A DNA stretch of 64,000 nt from an uncultured cyanobacterium (GCA_963793265.1 CAWBZI010000002.1:256001-320000); one strand, 5' to 3'; shown: positions 19,912 through 31,300, counted from the first letter of the stretch. Made by a program: numbers and translations. Notes: generated from the sequence alone by a model not told the origin.

Positions 19912-20087
19912 AATACGTCTTTAGATAGAGGAAACGTAAGTAAGCCTCCCTAAAAGGATGTATATCTGCAAATTTCTCCCTCTTAATGTTAAAAAAACTA
20001 CAAATCTTGCACCACGGATATAGGTAGTCACTACATTTTTAATGTTGCAATACACCTACTGTTAAGTTAAGGATCTGTGAAAATCAT

Positions 20088-20525
20088 ATGACTTTCTTTC
20101 AACGCAGCCGTCGCAGGCTTGCTGCTATCGCTACTGCGCTCTCACTCGTACTGTTGCTAACGGTGACGACGGGCTGTTCGTCTACTGCTACCGTTGATGC
20201 ACCGCCTTCTAGCAGCGTAGGCTACAGCCAGCTAGAGCGTGGAAACTCCGTCGCCGGTCAGGAGTATGGTGACTGGGTAGTAGGCGCAGCAAAGGGTCTG
20301 GTATCTGATGCCTACGTGCGAGACAACAACAAACTCGGCGTGGTGATTACCGATGACGTTCGCCCCAGCGAAGTCAGAGATCTTTCTAAGTCTTTGTTGC
20401 AAGGCTTCCGCCAAAGCTTTCCAAATAAAGACCTCACCGTACTGGTATATGCGCCTGACAAAGAGCTTATATTGACGGCAAACTACGACTCACAAACTAA
20501 TGAAGTGGAATACGAAGCAGGCTAG
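20088..20525 (+). CDS. Hypothetical lipoprotein
   Basis: Basic N-terminus, hydrophobic stretch and lipobox-like TTGC. Confidence 0.75.
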   Translation: MTFFQRSRRRLAAIATALSLVLLLTVTTGCSSTATVDAPPSSSVGYSQLERGNSVAGQEYGDWVVGAAKGLVSDAYVRDNNKLGVVITDDVRPSEVRDLSKSLLQGFRQSFPNKDLTVLVYAPDKELILTANYDSQTNEVEYEAG

Positions 20526-20600
20526 CTAGCCGCCTTCTATCCTTCTTATCTAGCCTTTTCAAACAAGGCTAATATCATCAATTTTTGGAGCATACCCCCC

Positions 20601-21119
20601 ATGTCTAGTAGCGATAAATATAAACGCGAGATTATGAAAGATCTCGCCGCTGGTAATAAGGAAGTCTTGGAGCCTAACGGTAACGATTCTCTTGGCGAGA
20701 AATATAGCAGCTTTGATGAATTCGCTGATAGGTCTTCTCGCGACGAGCGTCACGGCCTGATTAAGCGATCTTTCCACCCGGAGCGTGTCCCTGCGGCCCA
20801 AATGGATCCTGAGCTGCGCGAAGCCGTTTCTAAGATTAAGCCTAACGAACGCGACGACGTTGCCCGCGACTTCTTTAAACACTTTAAAGAGAGAGGCTTG
20901 AGCGATCGCGATCTCGAAAAGCAGCTTGGTCTATCCACGCACAGCGCGCGCAAAATGAACGCTGATGACGTGAGCAAGCTAGCCTCTTTCGCTTACACCG
21001 CGCACCCTGATATCTTCCAAGAAGTGCTTGCCGATCAGCCTGCTATTCTCAAGTTTTTGAGCAATCCTTTAGTGGGTGCGGCGATTGGGGCGATCGCCTC
21101 TAAGTGGCTTCGCAAATAG
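20601..21119 (+). CDS. Hypothetical protein (charged, hydrophobic C-terminal tail)
   Basis: 172-aa ORF with GGAG RBS, followed by a terminator. Confidence 0.75.
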   Translation: MSSSDKYKREIMKDLAAGNKEVLEPNGNDSLGEKYSSFDEFADRSSRDERHGLIKRSFHPERVPAAQMDPELREAVSKIKPNERDDVARDFFKHFKERGLSDRDLEKQLGLSTHSARKMNADDVSKLASFAYTAHPDIFQEVLADQPAILKFLSNPLVGAAIGAIASKWLRK

Positions 21120-21199
21120 CGTGATCGGTAGCGTAGACAAAGCGCAGATCGTACCTGTATAGACATAAGGATATGTCTAACAGGTTAACTACATAGTGT

Positions 21200-21227
21200 A
21201 AAAAAGGTGCCAGAAGGCACCTTTTTT
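21200..21227. terminator. Bidirectional-type intrinsic terminator
   Basis: AAAAAAGGTGCC-AGAA-GGCACCTTTTTT perfect inverted repeat. Confidence 0.85.
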
Positions 21228-21271
21228 CGTGAGTACTAAACGATAGAATTTAACTGCTATTTTGAGATGAT

Positions 21272-22174
21272 ATGACCGATCAAACTTTTAATCCGTTCGC
21301 ACCTGGCCCATTACTAATCGCCGGGGCTGCTGCTGGGAGCCTAGCGGCGATCGCCTATGCGGGTGCTTGCTTTGCCCTCTACAGCTACCAAAGGAACCTA
21401 ATCTTTCTCCCGCGCCCCCATATCATCTACACCCCCAATGAGGTCGATTTGCCCTACGAGGACGTTTGGATACCTACCCAATCAGCTGCCGAAAAGCTCC
21501 ATGCCTGGTGGCTTCCGAATCCTAGCAGCAGTCAAACCCTCCTTTTTTGCCATGGCAACTACGGCAATATCAGCTACAACCTGGAGCGGCTAAAGTTTTA
21601 CTACGATCTAGGGTTTTCTATCCTTGCTTTTGACTACCGTGGATACGGTCAAAGCATTAGTAGCACAGCGCCTCTCCCTACCGAAGAAAGCGTCTGCGCT
21701 GATGCCGAAACCGCTTGGAACTACCTGACGAACCGCCGCGACATTGCACCCGAAAATATCACCATCATGGGGCACTCAATGGGTGGCGCTGTCGCTATCG
21801 ATTTGGCAGCGCGACACCCTGATGCTGCTCGCCTGATTGTCAAAAGCTCCTTTACCACCATGCAAGACGCGGTTCTAGCTAGACAGATCTACCGCTTCTT
21901 TCCCATACAGCAGCTCCTCACCGAACCTTTTGATTCGCTTAGCAAAGCTAAGTATCTACAGATGCCTGTCCTCTACGTTCACGGCGATCAAGACTTTGAC
22001 GTGCCTGCCGATATGAGCCAGCGCCTTTACGATGCGACGCCTGAGCCTAAAGAGATTTGGATTGCGGAAGGCGCAGATCACAACAACATTTCGACGGTGA
22101 CGGGCGATCGCTATAAAGCTGTTATCCAATCGTTTTGTAACAGCAGGCAAAGAAAACCTGTGCTTACTGCATAG
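21272..22174 (+). CDS. Alpha/beta hydrolase (BEM46/ABHD13-like) with N-terminal membrane anchor
   Basis: HGNYGN, DYRGYG, GHSMGG nucleophile, HGDQD, ADHN. Confidence 0.9.
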   Translation: MTDQTFNPFAPGPLLIAGAAAGSLAAIAYAGACFALYSYQRNLIFLPRPHIIYTPNEVDLPYEDVWIPTQSAAEKLHAWWLPNPSSSQTLLFCHGNYGNISYNLERLKFYYDLGFSILAFDYRGYGQSISSTAPLPTEESVCADAETAWNYLTNRRDIAPENITIMGHSMGGAVAIDLAARHPDAARLIVKSSFTTMQDAVLARQIYRFFPIQQLLTEPFDSLSKAKYLQMPVLYVHGDQDFDVPADMSQRLYDATPEPKEIWIAEGADHNNISTVTGDRYKAVIQSFCNSRQRKPVLTA

Positions 22175-22256
22175 ACCAGACCTGCTGACCGAAATCGAGA
22201 GACTTGTGTATGATGTCTAACGAAGCAAAATCCACACAGGCTCATACATAGGCTCA

Positions 22257-23885
22257 ATGTTTCAGCACCTTTTCTCTGCTCTAAAAACAACGACGCTAGG
22301 CTGTGCGACGGCTTTGCTTGTCGCTTTACCGTCACAAGCGGCCGATAACATTCGGTTTCGCTACGGCCTGTTTGAAGTTACTGTTACTCGCCAAGAGCTT
22401 GAAACATACGCTGAAACGGGCACTGCTGAAGGCGGCTTAAAAACAGTTCTTTCCCGATTGAGCCCTGGTATTCAGTCGCAGCTTCAAACCTCTCTTCAGG
22501 CGCGCTATCCAATCGATCCTATTTTGGCGAACCGATTTTCCTATACTGGCTCAGGCGTACAGCTTCTCACCGAAGCCGGTAATCTTGTGCGAACGGCCTC
22601 GGGGCTTAACGGATTTAAAGGCTTACGCGGCGCGCTGACGCTATCGGCCTCTGACCCGAGAGGACTCACACTACTCAACTTTATTGAAGCTTTTCCTACA
22701 GATATTCAGATCAATATTGGTCAAGCTCTAGATCTTGCTAATGGCTATGGTGAGCTGTTAGGACAAACGCAGCAAATAGTAGAACAGCTAGTGGTGCAGA
22801 CGGATGCGATCGCTGCTACTGAATCTTCAACAAACTTCAGTACCCTTCCAGATCCCAGAGCTTTGGGCGGGCAAGAGGTCGCTATGCAAACGCTGACGCT
22901 TTATGATGACCGGCGCGATCGCACCATTCTCACTGACTTTTACACGCCCATATCGCAAGATTCGGACATTCCTGTGATTGTTGTTTCTAATGGACTCGGT
23001 GCAAAGCGCAGTCGGTTTAATGAGCTAGGCGTGCATTTGGCTTCTCACGGATTTGCGGTGGCGCTGATTGATCATCCGGGGAGCGATCGCGAACGCCTTA
23101 GAGACTTTTACGAAGGCCAGCAGTCCGAAAACTTTGAAGCCTCAGAATATGTTGATCGCCCTTTAGACGTTAGCTTTGTGCTCGACGAACTCACACGCCT
23201 AAACGCCAGTACTTTCAACAACCAGCTAAACCCAGATCGAGCAGGTGTCTTTGGCTACTCCTTTGGCGGCACTACAGCCCTTGCCCTTGCTGGGGCTGAG
23301 ATTGATCGCGATCATCTCCAACAAGAATGCGATACCCGCAACAGCTTGTATAATATCTCTCTTTTATACCAGTGCCGCGCAATCGACTTACCCGAAGCGG
23401 CCACAAACGTCAGCTTTAGAGACAATCGCGTCAAAGCCGTCTACGTTTTTGTGCCCTTTAGCCGCAGCCTCTATGGCCCCGAGGGCATGGCTCAAGTAGA
23501 AACGCCTGTGATGTGGGAAGCTACCGACAAGGACATTCTCACGCCTTTGCTGATAGAACAGCTTCCTTCTTACTCATGGATGACTGCAAACAATGCTGAT
23601 GAAAGCGACCAATATCTAGTGATCACATCCGGCTTGCCTCACGCTCGAATCACCTTAGAAGTGCTTAATCGCATCACGGGCGAAGCGACAAAATGGGAAG
23701 ATATCAAACCCATTGCAGAAACCTATCACCACATGCTAAACACGGCTTTTTTTCAGGTGCACTTAGCTGAAGACGAAACCTATAGCCCCTACCTTCAGGC
23801 CCAAGGCGCGCAATATCTCACGCAAGCGCCCTATAACCTTACTTGGACAGAAGATTCGCTACCGTCAGAACTTATGGATGATTGA
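22257..23885 (+). CDS. Secreted DUF1400-like domain plus alpha/beta hydrolase
   Basis: Signal peptide SQA-A; N-domain ELETYAETG...LRGALTLSA...LTLLNFIEAFP; SNGLG, DHPGSD, RPLDVSFVLD, GYSFGG. Confidence 0.85.
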   Translation: MFQHLFSALKTTTLGCATALLVALPSQAADNIRFRYGLFEVTVTRQELETYAETGTAEGGLKTVLSRLSPGIQSQLQTSLQARYPIDPILANRFSYTGSGVQLLTEAGNLVRTASGLNGFKGLRGALTLSASDPRGLTLLNFIEAFPTDIQINIGQALDLANGYGELLGQTQQIVEQLVVQTDAIAATESSTNFSTLPDPRALGGQEVAMQTLTLYDDRRDRTILTDFYTPISQDSDIPVIVVSNGLGAKRSRFNELGVHLASHGFAVALIDHPGSDRERLRDFYEGQQSENFEASEYVDRPLDVSFVLDELTRLNASTFNNQLNPDRAGVFGYSFGGTTALALAGAEIDRDHLQQECDTRNSLYNISLLYQCRAIDLPEAATNVSFRDNRVKAVYVFVPFSRSLYGPEGMAQVETPVMWEATDKDILTPLLIEQLPSYSWMTANNADESDQYLVITSGLPHARITLEVLNRITGEATKWEDIKPIAETYHHMLNTAFFQVHLAEDETYSPYLQAQGAQYLTQAPYNLTWTEDSLPSELMDD

Positions 23886-23891
23886 AGATAT

Positions 23892-25649
23892 TTACTTCGA
23901 TAGTTGAGCGATACAGCTAGCCTCTAAAACGATCAGATTTGCCTCTGTGACCGTTGAGCAGGACGGTATGGTGCGGGCGATCGCAGGTTCTAGCCCCTGC
24001 TGTAGTGATTCTTTTGCATCTACTACGAGCGATCGCACCGAACTCCCTAACAGCCAGCTTTGCCCATCAAGATAATCAGGCTCCGCGAAATTCTGAGCCA
24101 CAATCCAAATATCAACTCCATACTTTTCAATAAAAGTTTGCACGGTGCTTAAATCTGTACTGTATTGCGCTTCTACTAATGCCTCTGCCCGCTGCCTCAT
24201 TTCACTATAAAACTCAACATGAAACGGAAGCGCAAATTCTCTCCCTACCAGCACTGAACGCTCAGAAAATGCGGGTACGTTGTCGTTTACCTCTGCAACT
24301 AGAGACGCTACCAAGCTATCTTTAGGAGCGCGCGCTATGAACTCGAAAATGTCCGGTGTTGTGCCGATCCGCCAGCCCTGGCCACCTAAAAAGAGAAAGG
24401 GGACGGCAGGCGTGATGATGACAGCGATCGCAAATGATATGCTTAGCCAAACTTTAGCATGGCGCAACAGTGCCCACTGTCTGATTTGCCATTGTTTGCT
24501 CAACCACTTTAGCCATTCACTCAGCACCAGCGTGAGCATAATGCCCGAAGCTATGATAAGCGCGAACCTGGCGCTGTAAAAAGAATAGCGACTCGGTAGA
24601 AATAAAACGGGGAAAATCAGATGGGCTAGAAAGAACAGACTCGTTGCTGATAGCGTGAGGTCGGCCAGCACTCTAACGTTTGGGGTGATACGAGCAGCTA
24701 GCGAAAAAGTCTTTTGAAAACGCGAGTTTATAAACGCCAGAGGTAGTAGAAATCCTAGTAAGATGATGGGCGGCAGTAAAGGGAAGCGAATGCCGCTAGA
24801 GCCTGTGAATAGAAAGTCTGAGAGTGAAACACTAAAATATTCGCCGCGTCCGTCTTGCTGAAATTCGGGCCAAGCTCTCATCTCGCTAAGGTTGGTGAGC
24901 CGCCCTACCTGATCGGCTACCTGGCTAGAGAAGAATAGCAAAAGCCCCCCGGTGATGATAAATGCGATGAGCCAAGCACCATAATCTTGAAAGCGTTTCG
25001 GTAGCGCTGGCCTGTATCCATTCCATCTGATAAGTCTGAAGGTTAGAAGGCCCAAGGAGACTAACATCATCTGAGGGTAGAACAGTCCCAGTAATCCTAA
25101 GGTCAGCAGATAAAACAGTTTTTTGTCTTGCAGCAGGTAGTACAAGAATGCGGCGAAGATTGGATAGATAAACGATCTGGGTGCTGTTGCGATCAGATCG
25201 TCTCTGATCCAGATGTTCTGATTGAGCAAGAGGGTGGTGAGTAGGCCGCTGATGGGGACGGGCAAAATCATGAGCGCTACCCAGTATAGGTAGGCGGTTG
25301 CGATCGCACCCAATATCAAAGGTGCAAATTTCGCAAACGTCAGCGGCTCAACGCCAAGTGCAGCTACAATACCAAACAAAAATTTGTAGCCCACAGGCTG
25401 AATAGCGCCGAAGTAAAACGCCATCGGATCGTTTGGGAACAAAGCCGGATCGATGAGGCGCTGTAGCCAAACCACATGGATGCGAGCATCGTCTTGGACG
25501 ACATAATTAGAGGCAGTTGCATAAAAAAGAGAGATTAGCCCGAAGTATAAAGGGGCAATAAAACTCAGGCCAAACCAAAAGGCCACCACCGGATCTTTGA
25601 GGGAAGGCTGGGAGGGCAGTCGCTTAAATCCAGACTTGAGCGCGTTCAT
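23892..25649 (-). CDS. Polytopic membrane protein, probably a GT-C-type glycosyltransferase
   Basis: More than 10 hydrophobic segments, early luminal QDD acidic pair, soluble C-terminal domain; divergent from the MTase/FAAL/PKS/GT2 operon. Confidence 0.65.
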   Translation of the reverse strand: MNALKSGFKRLPSQPSLKDPVVAFWFGLSFIAPLYFGLISLFYATASNYVVQDDARIHVVWLQRLIDPALFPNDPMAFYFGAIQPVGYKFLFGIVAALGVEPLTFAKFAPLILGAIATAYLYWVALMILPVPISGLLTTLLLNQNIWIRDDLIATAPRSFIYPIFAAFLYYLLQDKKLFYLLTLGLLGLFYPQMMLVSLGLLTFRLIRWNGYRPALPKRFQDYGAWLIAFIITGGLLLFFSSQVADQVGRLTNLSEMRAWPEFQQDGRGEYFSVSLSDFLFTGSSGIRFPLLPPIILLGFLLPLAFINSRFQKTFSLAARITPNVRVLADLTLSATSLFFLAHLIFPVLFLPSRYSFYSARFALIIASGIMLTLVLSEWLKWLSKQWQIRQWALLRHAKVWLSISFAIAVIITPAVPFLFLGGQGWRIGTTPDIFEFIARAPKDSLVASLVAEVNDNVPAFSERSVLVGREFALPFHVEFYSEMRQRAEALVEAQYSTDLSTVQTFIEKYGVDIWIVAQNFAEPDYLDGQSWLLGSSVRSLVVDAKESLQQGLEPAIARTIPSCSTVTEANLIVLEASCIAQLSK

Positions 25650-25713
25650 AGAAATATTTGTGGGGCCAAAAATCAGTAATGATATACTACGCTCCCAAGG
25701 CCGTTAGTTAAGA

Positions 25714-26442
25714 GTGAAGCTGTCAATGGAATGCCCGCAAGATGTATGGCTCGATCAGCTACAGTCAGCGACACACTACAACCAGTGGATTTTTTCTCAG
25801 ATTCAGCCTCACCTCAAAGGGCGCACGTTAGAGGTTGGCTGCGGTAACGGCAACTTCACAGCGCTAATTGCTCAGCAGTGCCCTCAGCTCGTGGCAGTAG
25901 ACCTTAACGCCGACTACGTTGAGCAGACTAAAGCCCGCCTACAGTCGTACGAACACGTGAGCGTTTTGACGGCTGATGCGACTCAGCTAGACGATGCACA
26001 AATAGGCGGCGCGCAAACCTTCGACACCATTATCTTGCTAGACGTGCTAGAGCATATCGAAAACGACGTTGAACTACTCCAACGACTGCGACGTTCTCTT
26101 GCACCTGACGGCACACTGCTATTAAAAGTGCCTGCTCTTGATTATTTATACAATTCTTTAGACGAAGCGGTCGGTCACCATCGACGCTATACGCTACAAA
26201 CGCTAAAAGAGTCTTTTACCCGTGCGGCTTTTGCAGAGCCCACGATCAAATACTTCAATATGGTCGGCATTTTAGGCTGGTGGCTGAACGGCGCGGTACT
26301 TAAGCGTACGAATCCGCCCGGACAACAGGTGGGTCTGTTCGACCGATGCGTGCCCTTGTTTCAGGCTGTAGAAGCTAACTTGCCTTGCCCTGTAGGGCTG
26401 TCTTTGTTCGCGACAGCATCCCCTCAGCCTGCCCGTCCGTAA
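25714..26442 (+). CDS. Class I SAM-dependent methyltransferase
   Basis: LEVGCGNG, DVLEHIEND, GHHRRY motifs. Confidence 0.9.
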   Translation: MKLSMECPQDVWLDQLQSATHYNQWIFSQIQPHLKGRTLEVGCGNGNFTALIAQQCPQLVAVDLNADYVEQTKARLQSYEHVSVLTADATQLDDAQIGGAQTFDTIILLDVLEHIENDVELLQRLRRSLAPDGTLLLKVPALDYLYNSLDEAVGHHRRYTLQTLKESFTRAAFAEPTIKYFNMVGILGWWLNGAVLKRTNPPGQQVGLFDRCVPLFQAVEANLPCPVGLSLFATASPQPARP

Positions 26443-26519
26443 GCTAGGGCAATTTGGAGACGGGTCTGAGAGCAGGCTATAATCCGTCTGAATTGTCGCC
26501 CTTTCACTCACCTTTTTAC

Positions 26520-28340
26520 ATGGCTTCAGGTTCTACAGATTTTCTTCCTACCAGCGAGCCCAATCAGCTCGATCAGTGCTCATCTCTCGTAGAGATTTTG
26601 CGATATAGAGCCCGCCATCAGCCTCATCAGGTCGCTTATATTGAGCTAGAAAATGGAGAAGTGGAGCGCGATCGCCTCACCTACGGACAGCTAGACGAAC
26701 GGACTATAGCGATCGCCGCTCACCTGCAATCGCTTGGCGCGGCGGGCTCTAGAGTGCTGCTCACGTTTCCCCTATCAGATGGGCTAGCGTTTACCGCCGC
26801 TTTTTTTGGCTGTTTGTACGCAGGCGCGATCGCTGTCACCGCCTGGCCCCCACTCAACGAATCCCTCCTTTCGGAACTCCAATACAAAGCTATTGACGCT
26901 GAAGTGAAATTCGCGCTATCCGTTGAACCCTTACTCGCTCAGGCCAAAGAACCCTTCGCCGCCGCTCCCCCACTTAACGATATCCATTGGATCGCCATTG
27001 ATACGCTTGAGTCAGCCGCCGACACCTGGAGAATGCCTGAGATAGAAGATAATTCTCTCGCCTACTTGCAATACACCTCAGGCTCTACCGGCCTGCCAAA
27101 GGGCGCGATGATTAGCCATGGCAACGTGCTCGACAATCTGGGCCTTATTTACAACACCTGCCAGTACACCACAAAAGACATTGGTATCTGTTGGCTCCCG
27201 CTCTACCACGATTTAGGCTTAGTGGGTGCGGTCATTCAGCCCGTATACGCGGGCGGGCCTGCGGTGATGATGTCGCCAGTGGATTTCATTTTGAAGCCGC
27301 TACGCTGGTTGCAGGCGATTACGCGCTACAAGGGCACCACGAGCGGCGGGCCTAACTTTGCCTATGAGCTGTGCCTGCGCAAGATTACCGCTGAGCAAGT
27401 GACGGCACTGGATTTGAGTAGCTGGGCGATCGCTGTCAACGGAGCAGAACCTGTCTTGGCAACAACCCTAGAAAAATTTGCCAAGAAGTTTGCACCCGCA
27501 GGCTTTCGCAAAGAGGCTTTTTGTCCTGCTTATGGCATGGCCGAAACAACTGTGATGGTGTCGCTGACTGAGCGAAAAGAGATACCAACGGTTGAATTTG
27601 TGCGGCGAGATGCGCTTGAGAAGAACAAAATTGAGCTGGCCGAGCGGGAGTCACAGAGTCGATCAGTTGTTGGCTGCGGTCAGATCACCAAAGACAATCC
27701 TGTGGTGATTGTGAACCCTGATACGCTAGCGCGCTGCGGCCCTGATGAGGTTGGTGAAGTTTGGGTGAGTGGGAAGAGTGTTGCGCAGGGATATTGGAAT
27801 CGCCCTGAAGAGACTAAAACAACGTTTAGAGCCTATACGTCAGATACTAAAGAAGGCCCTTTTTTAAGGACGGGCGATATGGGCTTTGTTCAAGACAATG
27901 AACTGTTCATTACTGGGCGAATTAAAGATGTAATTATTTTGTGGGGCAACAATCACTATCCACATTTTTTAGAAGACACGATTGAAAAAAGCCATCCGGC
28001 TCTGCGGCCTGGCGGGGTAGCCGTTTTTGGCGTTGAGGTAGACGGTGAAGAAAGATTGGTGGTGGTTCAGGAAATTGAGTCTCGGCATTTGAAGTCGCTA
28101 GATGCAGATACCGTTATTGGCGCTATTCGGCAGAATTTAGGAATGCATCATATGTTAGAAGCTCACGCGATCGCGCTACTTCGACCCGGCAGCACGCCCA
28201 AAACGCCTACTGGGAAAACGCAGCGGGCGGCTTGTAAGGCGAAGTATTTGGCTGGTGAGCTGAATATTGTTAGCCAGTGGCAGCATAGCGATATTGCCGA
28301 GGGTATTTTGTTAGATCTGGCACTGGGGGCGAGTCGTTGA
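26520..28340 (+). CDS. Stand-alone fatty acyl-AMP ligase (FAAL)
   Basis: [51 protein letters not shown] at 26520. Confidence 0.93.
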   Translation: MASGSTDFLPTSEPNQLDQCSSLVEILRYRARHQPHQVAYIELENGEVERDRLTYGQLDERTIAIAAHLQSLGAAGSRVLLTFPLSDGLAFTAAFFGCLYAGAIAVTAWPPLNESLLSELQYKAIDAEVKFALSVEPLLAQAKEPFAAAPPLNDIHWIAIDTLESAADTWRMPEIEDNSLAYLQYTSGSTGLPKGAMISHGNVLDNLGLIYNTCQYTTKDIGICWLPLYHDLGLVGAVIQPVYAGGPAVMMSPVDFILKPLRWLQAITRYKGTTSGGPNFAYELCLRKITAEQVTALDLSSWAIAVNGAEPVLATTLEKFAKKFAPAGFRKEAFCPAYGMAETTVMVSLTERKEIPTVEFVRRDALEKNKIELAERESQSRSVVGCGQITKDNPVVIVNPDTLARCGPDEVGEVWVSGKSVAQGYWNRPEETKTTFRAYTSDTKEGPFLRTGDMGFVQDNELFITGRIKDVIILWGNNHYPHFLEDTIEKSHPALRPGGVAVFGVEVDGEERLVVVQEIESRHLKSLDADTVIGAIRQNLGMHHMLEAHAIALLRPGSTPKTPTGKTQRAACKAKYLAGELNIVSQWQHSDIAEGILLDLALGASR

Positions 28341-28342
28341 GG

Positions 28343-31300
28343 ATGTTAGACTCCAGCATCACTAACCTTGTCGATTTGTTGAAATTTAGAGCCGCTAGCC
28401 AGCCGCAAAAAACGGCCTATATCTTCCTGGAAAATGGTGAAACTGAAGAGTCTCGCCTTACTTATGAGCAGTTGGATCAGAAGGCGATAGAGATTGCAGC
28501 TTTTCTACGACAACGGGCGACTGTAGGCGATCGCGCCCTGCTCCTCTACCCTCCCGGACTAGACTTCATCACTGCCTTCTTCGGCTGTCTATACGCAGGC
28601 ATCATCGCCGTTCCGGCCTATCCTCCTCGCAAGAACCAAAGCCTTGAAAGATTGCAGGCGATCGCCCAAGATTCCCAAGCCACTCTCGCCCTCTCCACGC
28701 AAAAAGTTGTCACCGACACCCAAAAAAGCTGGCAGCAAGATCCACTCTCTTCCACCCTCCAATGGCTAGCCACCGACAGCGCTTTAGCTACAGATAACAC
28801 CTTTCTCCCACCTTCGCCTGCTCCCAAAACCCTTGCCTTTCTCCAATACACCTCTGGCTCCACTGGCACCCCCAAAGGCGTCATGGTGTCTCACGGCAAC
28901 CTCCTCCACAACTGCGCCACCATCTACGCCTGCTTTGAAAACAACATCGAACACGTCGGCGTTTCCTGGCTCCCCTTCCATCACGATATGGGCCTCATCG
29001 GCGGCGTCCTTCAAACCATCTACGGCGGCGGTACCGTCATCCTCATGTCACCCGTTGCCTTCTTACAAAAGCCGATTCGCTGGCTTCAGGCGATCTCTCA
29101 CTACAACGCCGTTACCAGCGGTGGCCCTAACTTCGCCTACGACCTGTGTGTTCAAACCATTAAACCCGAGCAGCTATCGGCGCTTGACTTGAGCAGTTGG
29201 AGCCTTGCTTTCACAGGCGCAGAGCCCGTTCGACCCGAAACCTTAGAACGATTTACCGACACCTTTACAAGCTGTGGATTTCGCAACAATACCTTCTATC
29301 CCTGCTATGGCATGGCCGAAACTACGCTGCTTGTGACAGGTGGCATAAGGGCGGACGACCCTGTTATCCATACGGTTAATCGAGATGCCTTAGAGAGAAA
29401 TCAAATTAAAGCCAGTGCGATACCGAGTGAAAGTAAAGCGCTTGTGGGCTGCGGTCGTACCTGGCTAAATACAAAGGTGAGGATTGTTGATCCCGATACG
29501 TTGAAGCTTTGTGCGCCTGATAAGGTGGGTGAGATTTGGGTGGCTGGAGAGAGTATTGCTCAGGGGTACTGGCAAAGGGATGAGCAAACGCAGCAGACTT
29601 TTCAGGCATATATAGCTGATACGAATGAAGGGCCATTTTTGCGTACGGGCGACCTGGGCTTTTTTAATGGTGAAGAACTGTTTATCACCGGACGGCTGAA
29701 AGATGTTGTGATTATTCGAGGTCGTAATCACTATCCACAAGACATTGAGCTGACGGCGGAGAGTGCGCACGAGGCTTTGCAGCTAAACGGCTGTGCGGCT
29801 TTTTCGGTAGAGATTAGTTCGTCAGAGCAGTTGGTGATAGTGCAGGAGGTGAAGCGATCGCACCTCCGCAGCTTAAGCGATTCAAAAGTAGTAGACGACA
29901 TTGTTCTCTCCATCCGCCGGGCCATTTCAGAAGCACACGAGCTACAGGTATACGCCATTCTGTTGCTGAAGCCAGGCGCACTGCCAAAGACTTCTAGTGG
30001 CAAAGTTCAGAGAAAACAATGTCAGCGCGAGTTCTTAGCGGACAGTATCGCTACCGTCGCGCAGTGGAAAAGAGCGCTACAAAGTGCCGTTCCTCCTGTT
30101 AATCAGGAATTTGCAGTCGCATTGAACAATCTCACGCATCAGGAGAAGGTTCAGGCAATAGAAACCTGGCTTGTAAACCGAATTTCTCAGCGGCTACAGA
30201 TTTCATCTACAGAAATAGACCGACAAGAGCCTCTGGCTAGCTATGGCCTGGATTCTTTGCAGGCGATAGAAATGTCTACCGAGTTAGAAGCTTGGTTAGA
30301 AAAACCTGTTGTGCCTACGGTTGTATACGACTATCCAACGATAGAAGCTTTGGCACAGCGGTTGGCCTCGGATGAGGAGAGAAGGGTTGCGATCACCCCT
30401 AAAAAAGCAACCGCCTCTGACGAACCTATTGCTGTCATCGGCATGAGCTGCCGATTTCCCGGAGCCCCTGACCTACAATCATTCTGGCAGCTTCTCACAG
30501 AAGGACAGGACGCGATTACTGCTATTCCTTTATCACGGTGGGATGCCGATAAAGTAAAGTCCGCCGCGGACTCAAAGCAACCGGCTCAGTGGGGCGGTTT
30601 TCTCAAACAGGTCGATCAGTTTGACCCTAAGTTTTTTGGTCTTTCGCCTCGGGAAGCTACACACGCCGACCCTCAGCAGAGATTACTGTTGGAGGTGTGT
30701 TGGGAAGCGCTAGAAAATGCAGGACTAGCCGCAGACCAGCTTGAAGGTTCTCAGTCGGGTATCTTCATCGGCGTGAGTAACGGCGACTATTCCCGATTGC
30801 AGGGCGGGCAGCTTGACAAAGATGTTTACTACGGCACTGGTAACGCCTTCAGCATTGCCGCAAACAGACTCTCCTACTTTTTAGACTGGCACGGCCCCAG
30901 TTTCGCGATAGACACTGCCTGTTCTTCTTCGTTAGTTGCGGTTCATCAAGCCTGCCAAAGTCTCAAAACAGGAGAAAGTAATTTAGCATTAGCAGGTGGC
31001 GTAAATCTTATATTAGATCCTCAGCTTACGGTTACCTTTTCGCAGGCGCAAATGCTCGCCGCCGATGGCCGATGTAAGACATTTGATGCTGGTGCTGATG
31101 GCTACGTACGCAGTGAAGGCTGTGGGATTGTAGCGCTTAAAAGGCTGTCGGATGCAGTGGCCGCAGGGGATAATATTGTTGGTGTAATTCAGGGCTCAGC
31201 CGTTAATCAGGACGGAAGAAGTAATGGGTTGACTGCACCGAATAGTTTGGCTCAGCAGGGTGTGATTCGTCAGGCTTTGGAGAATGCAGGGGTTAGCGAT

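Noticed and set aside
19987..20002. TGTT-N8-TACA NtcA-like site upstream of the lipoprotein gene
   Set aside because: Mismatch in the GTA core and no TAN3T box at the canonical distance
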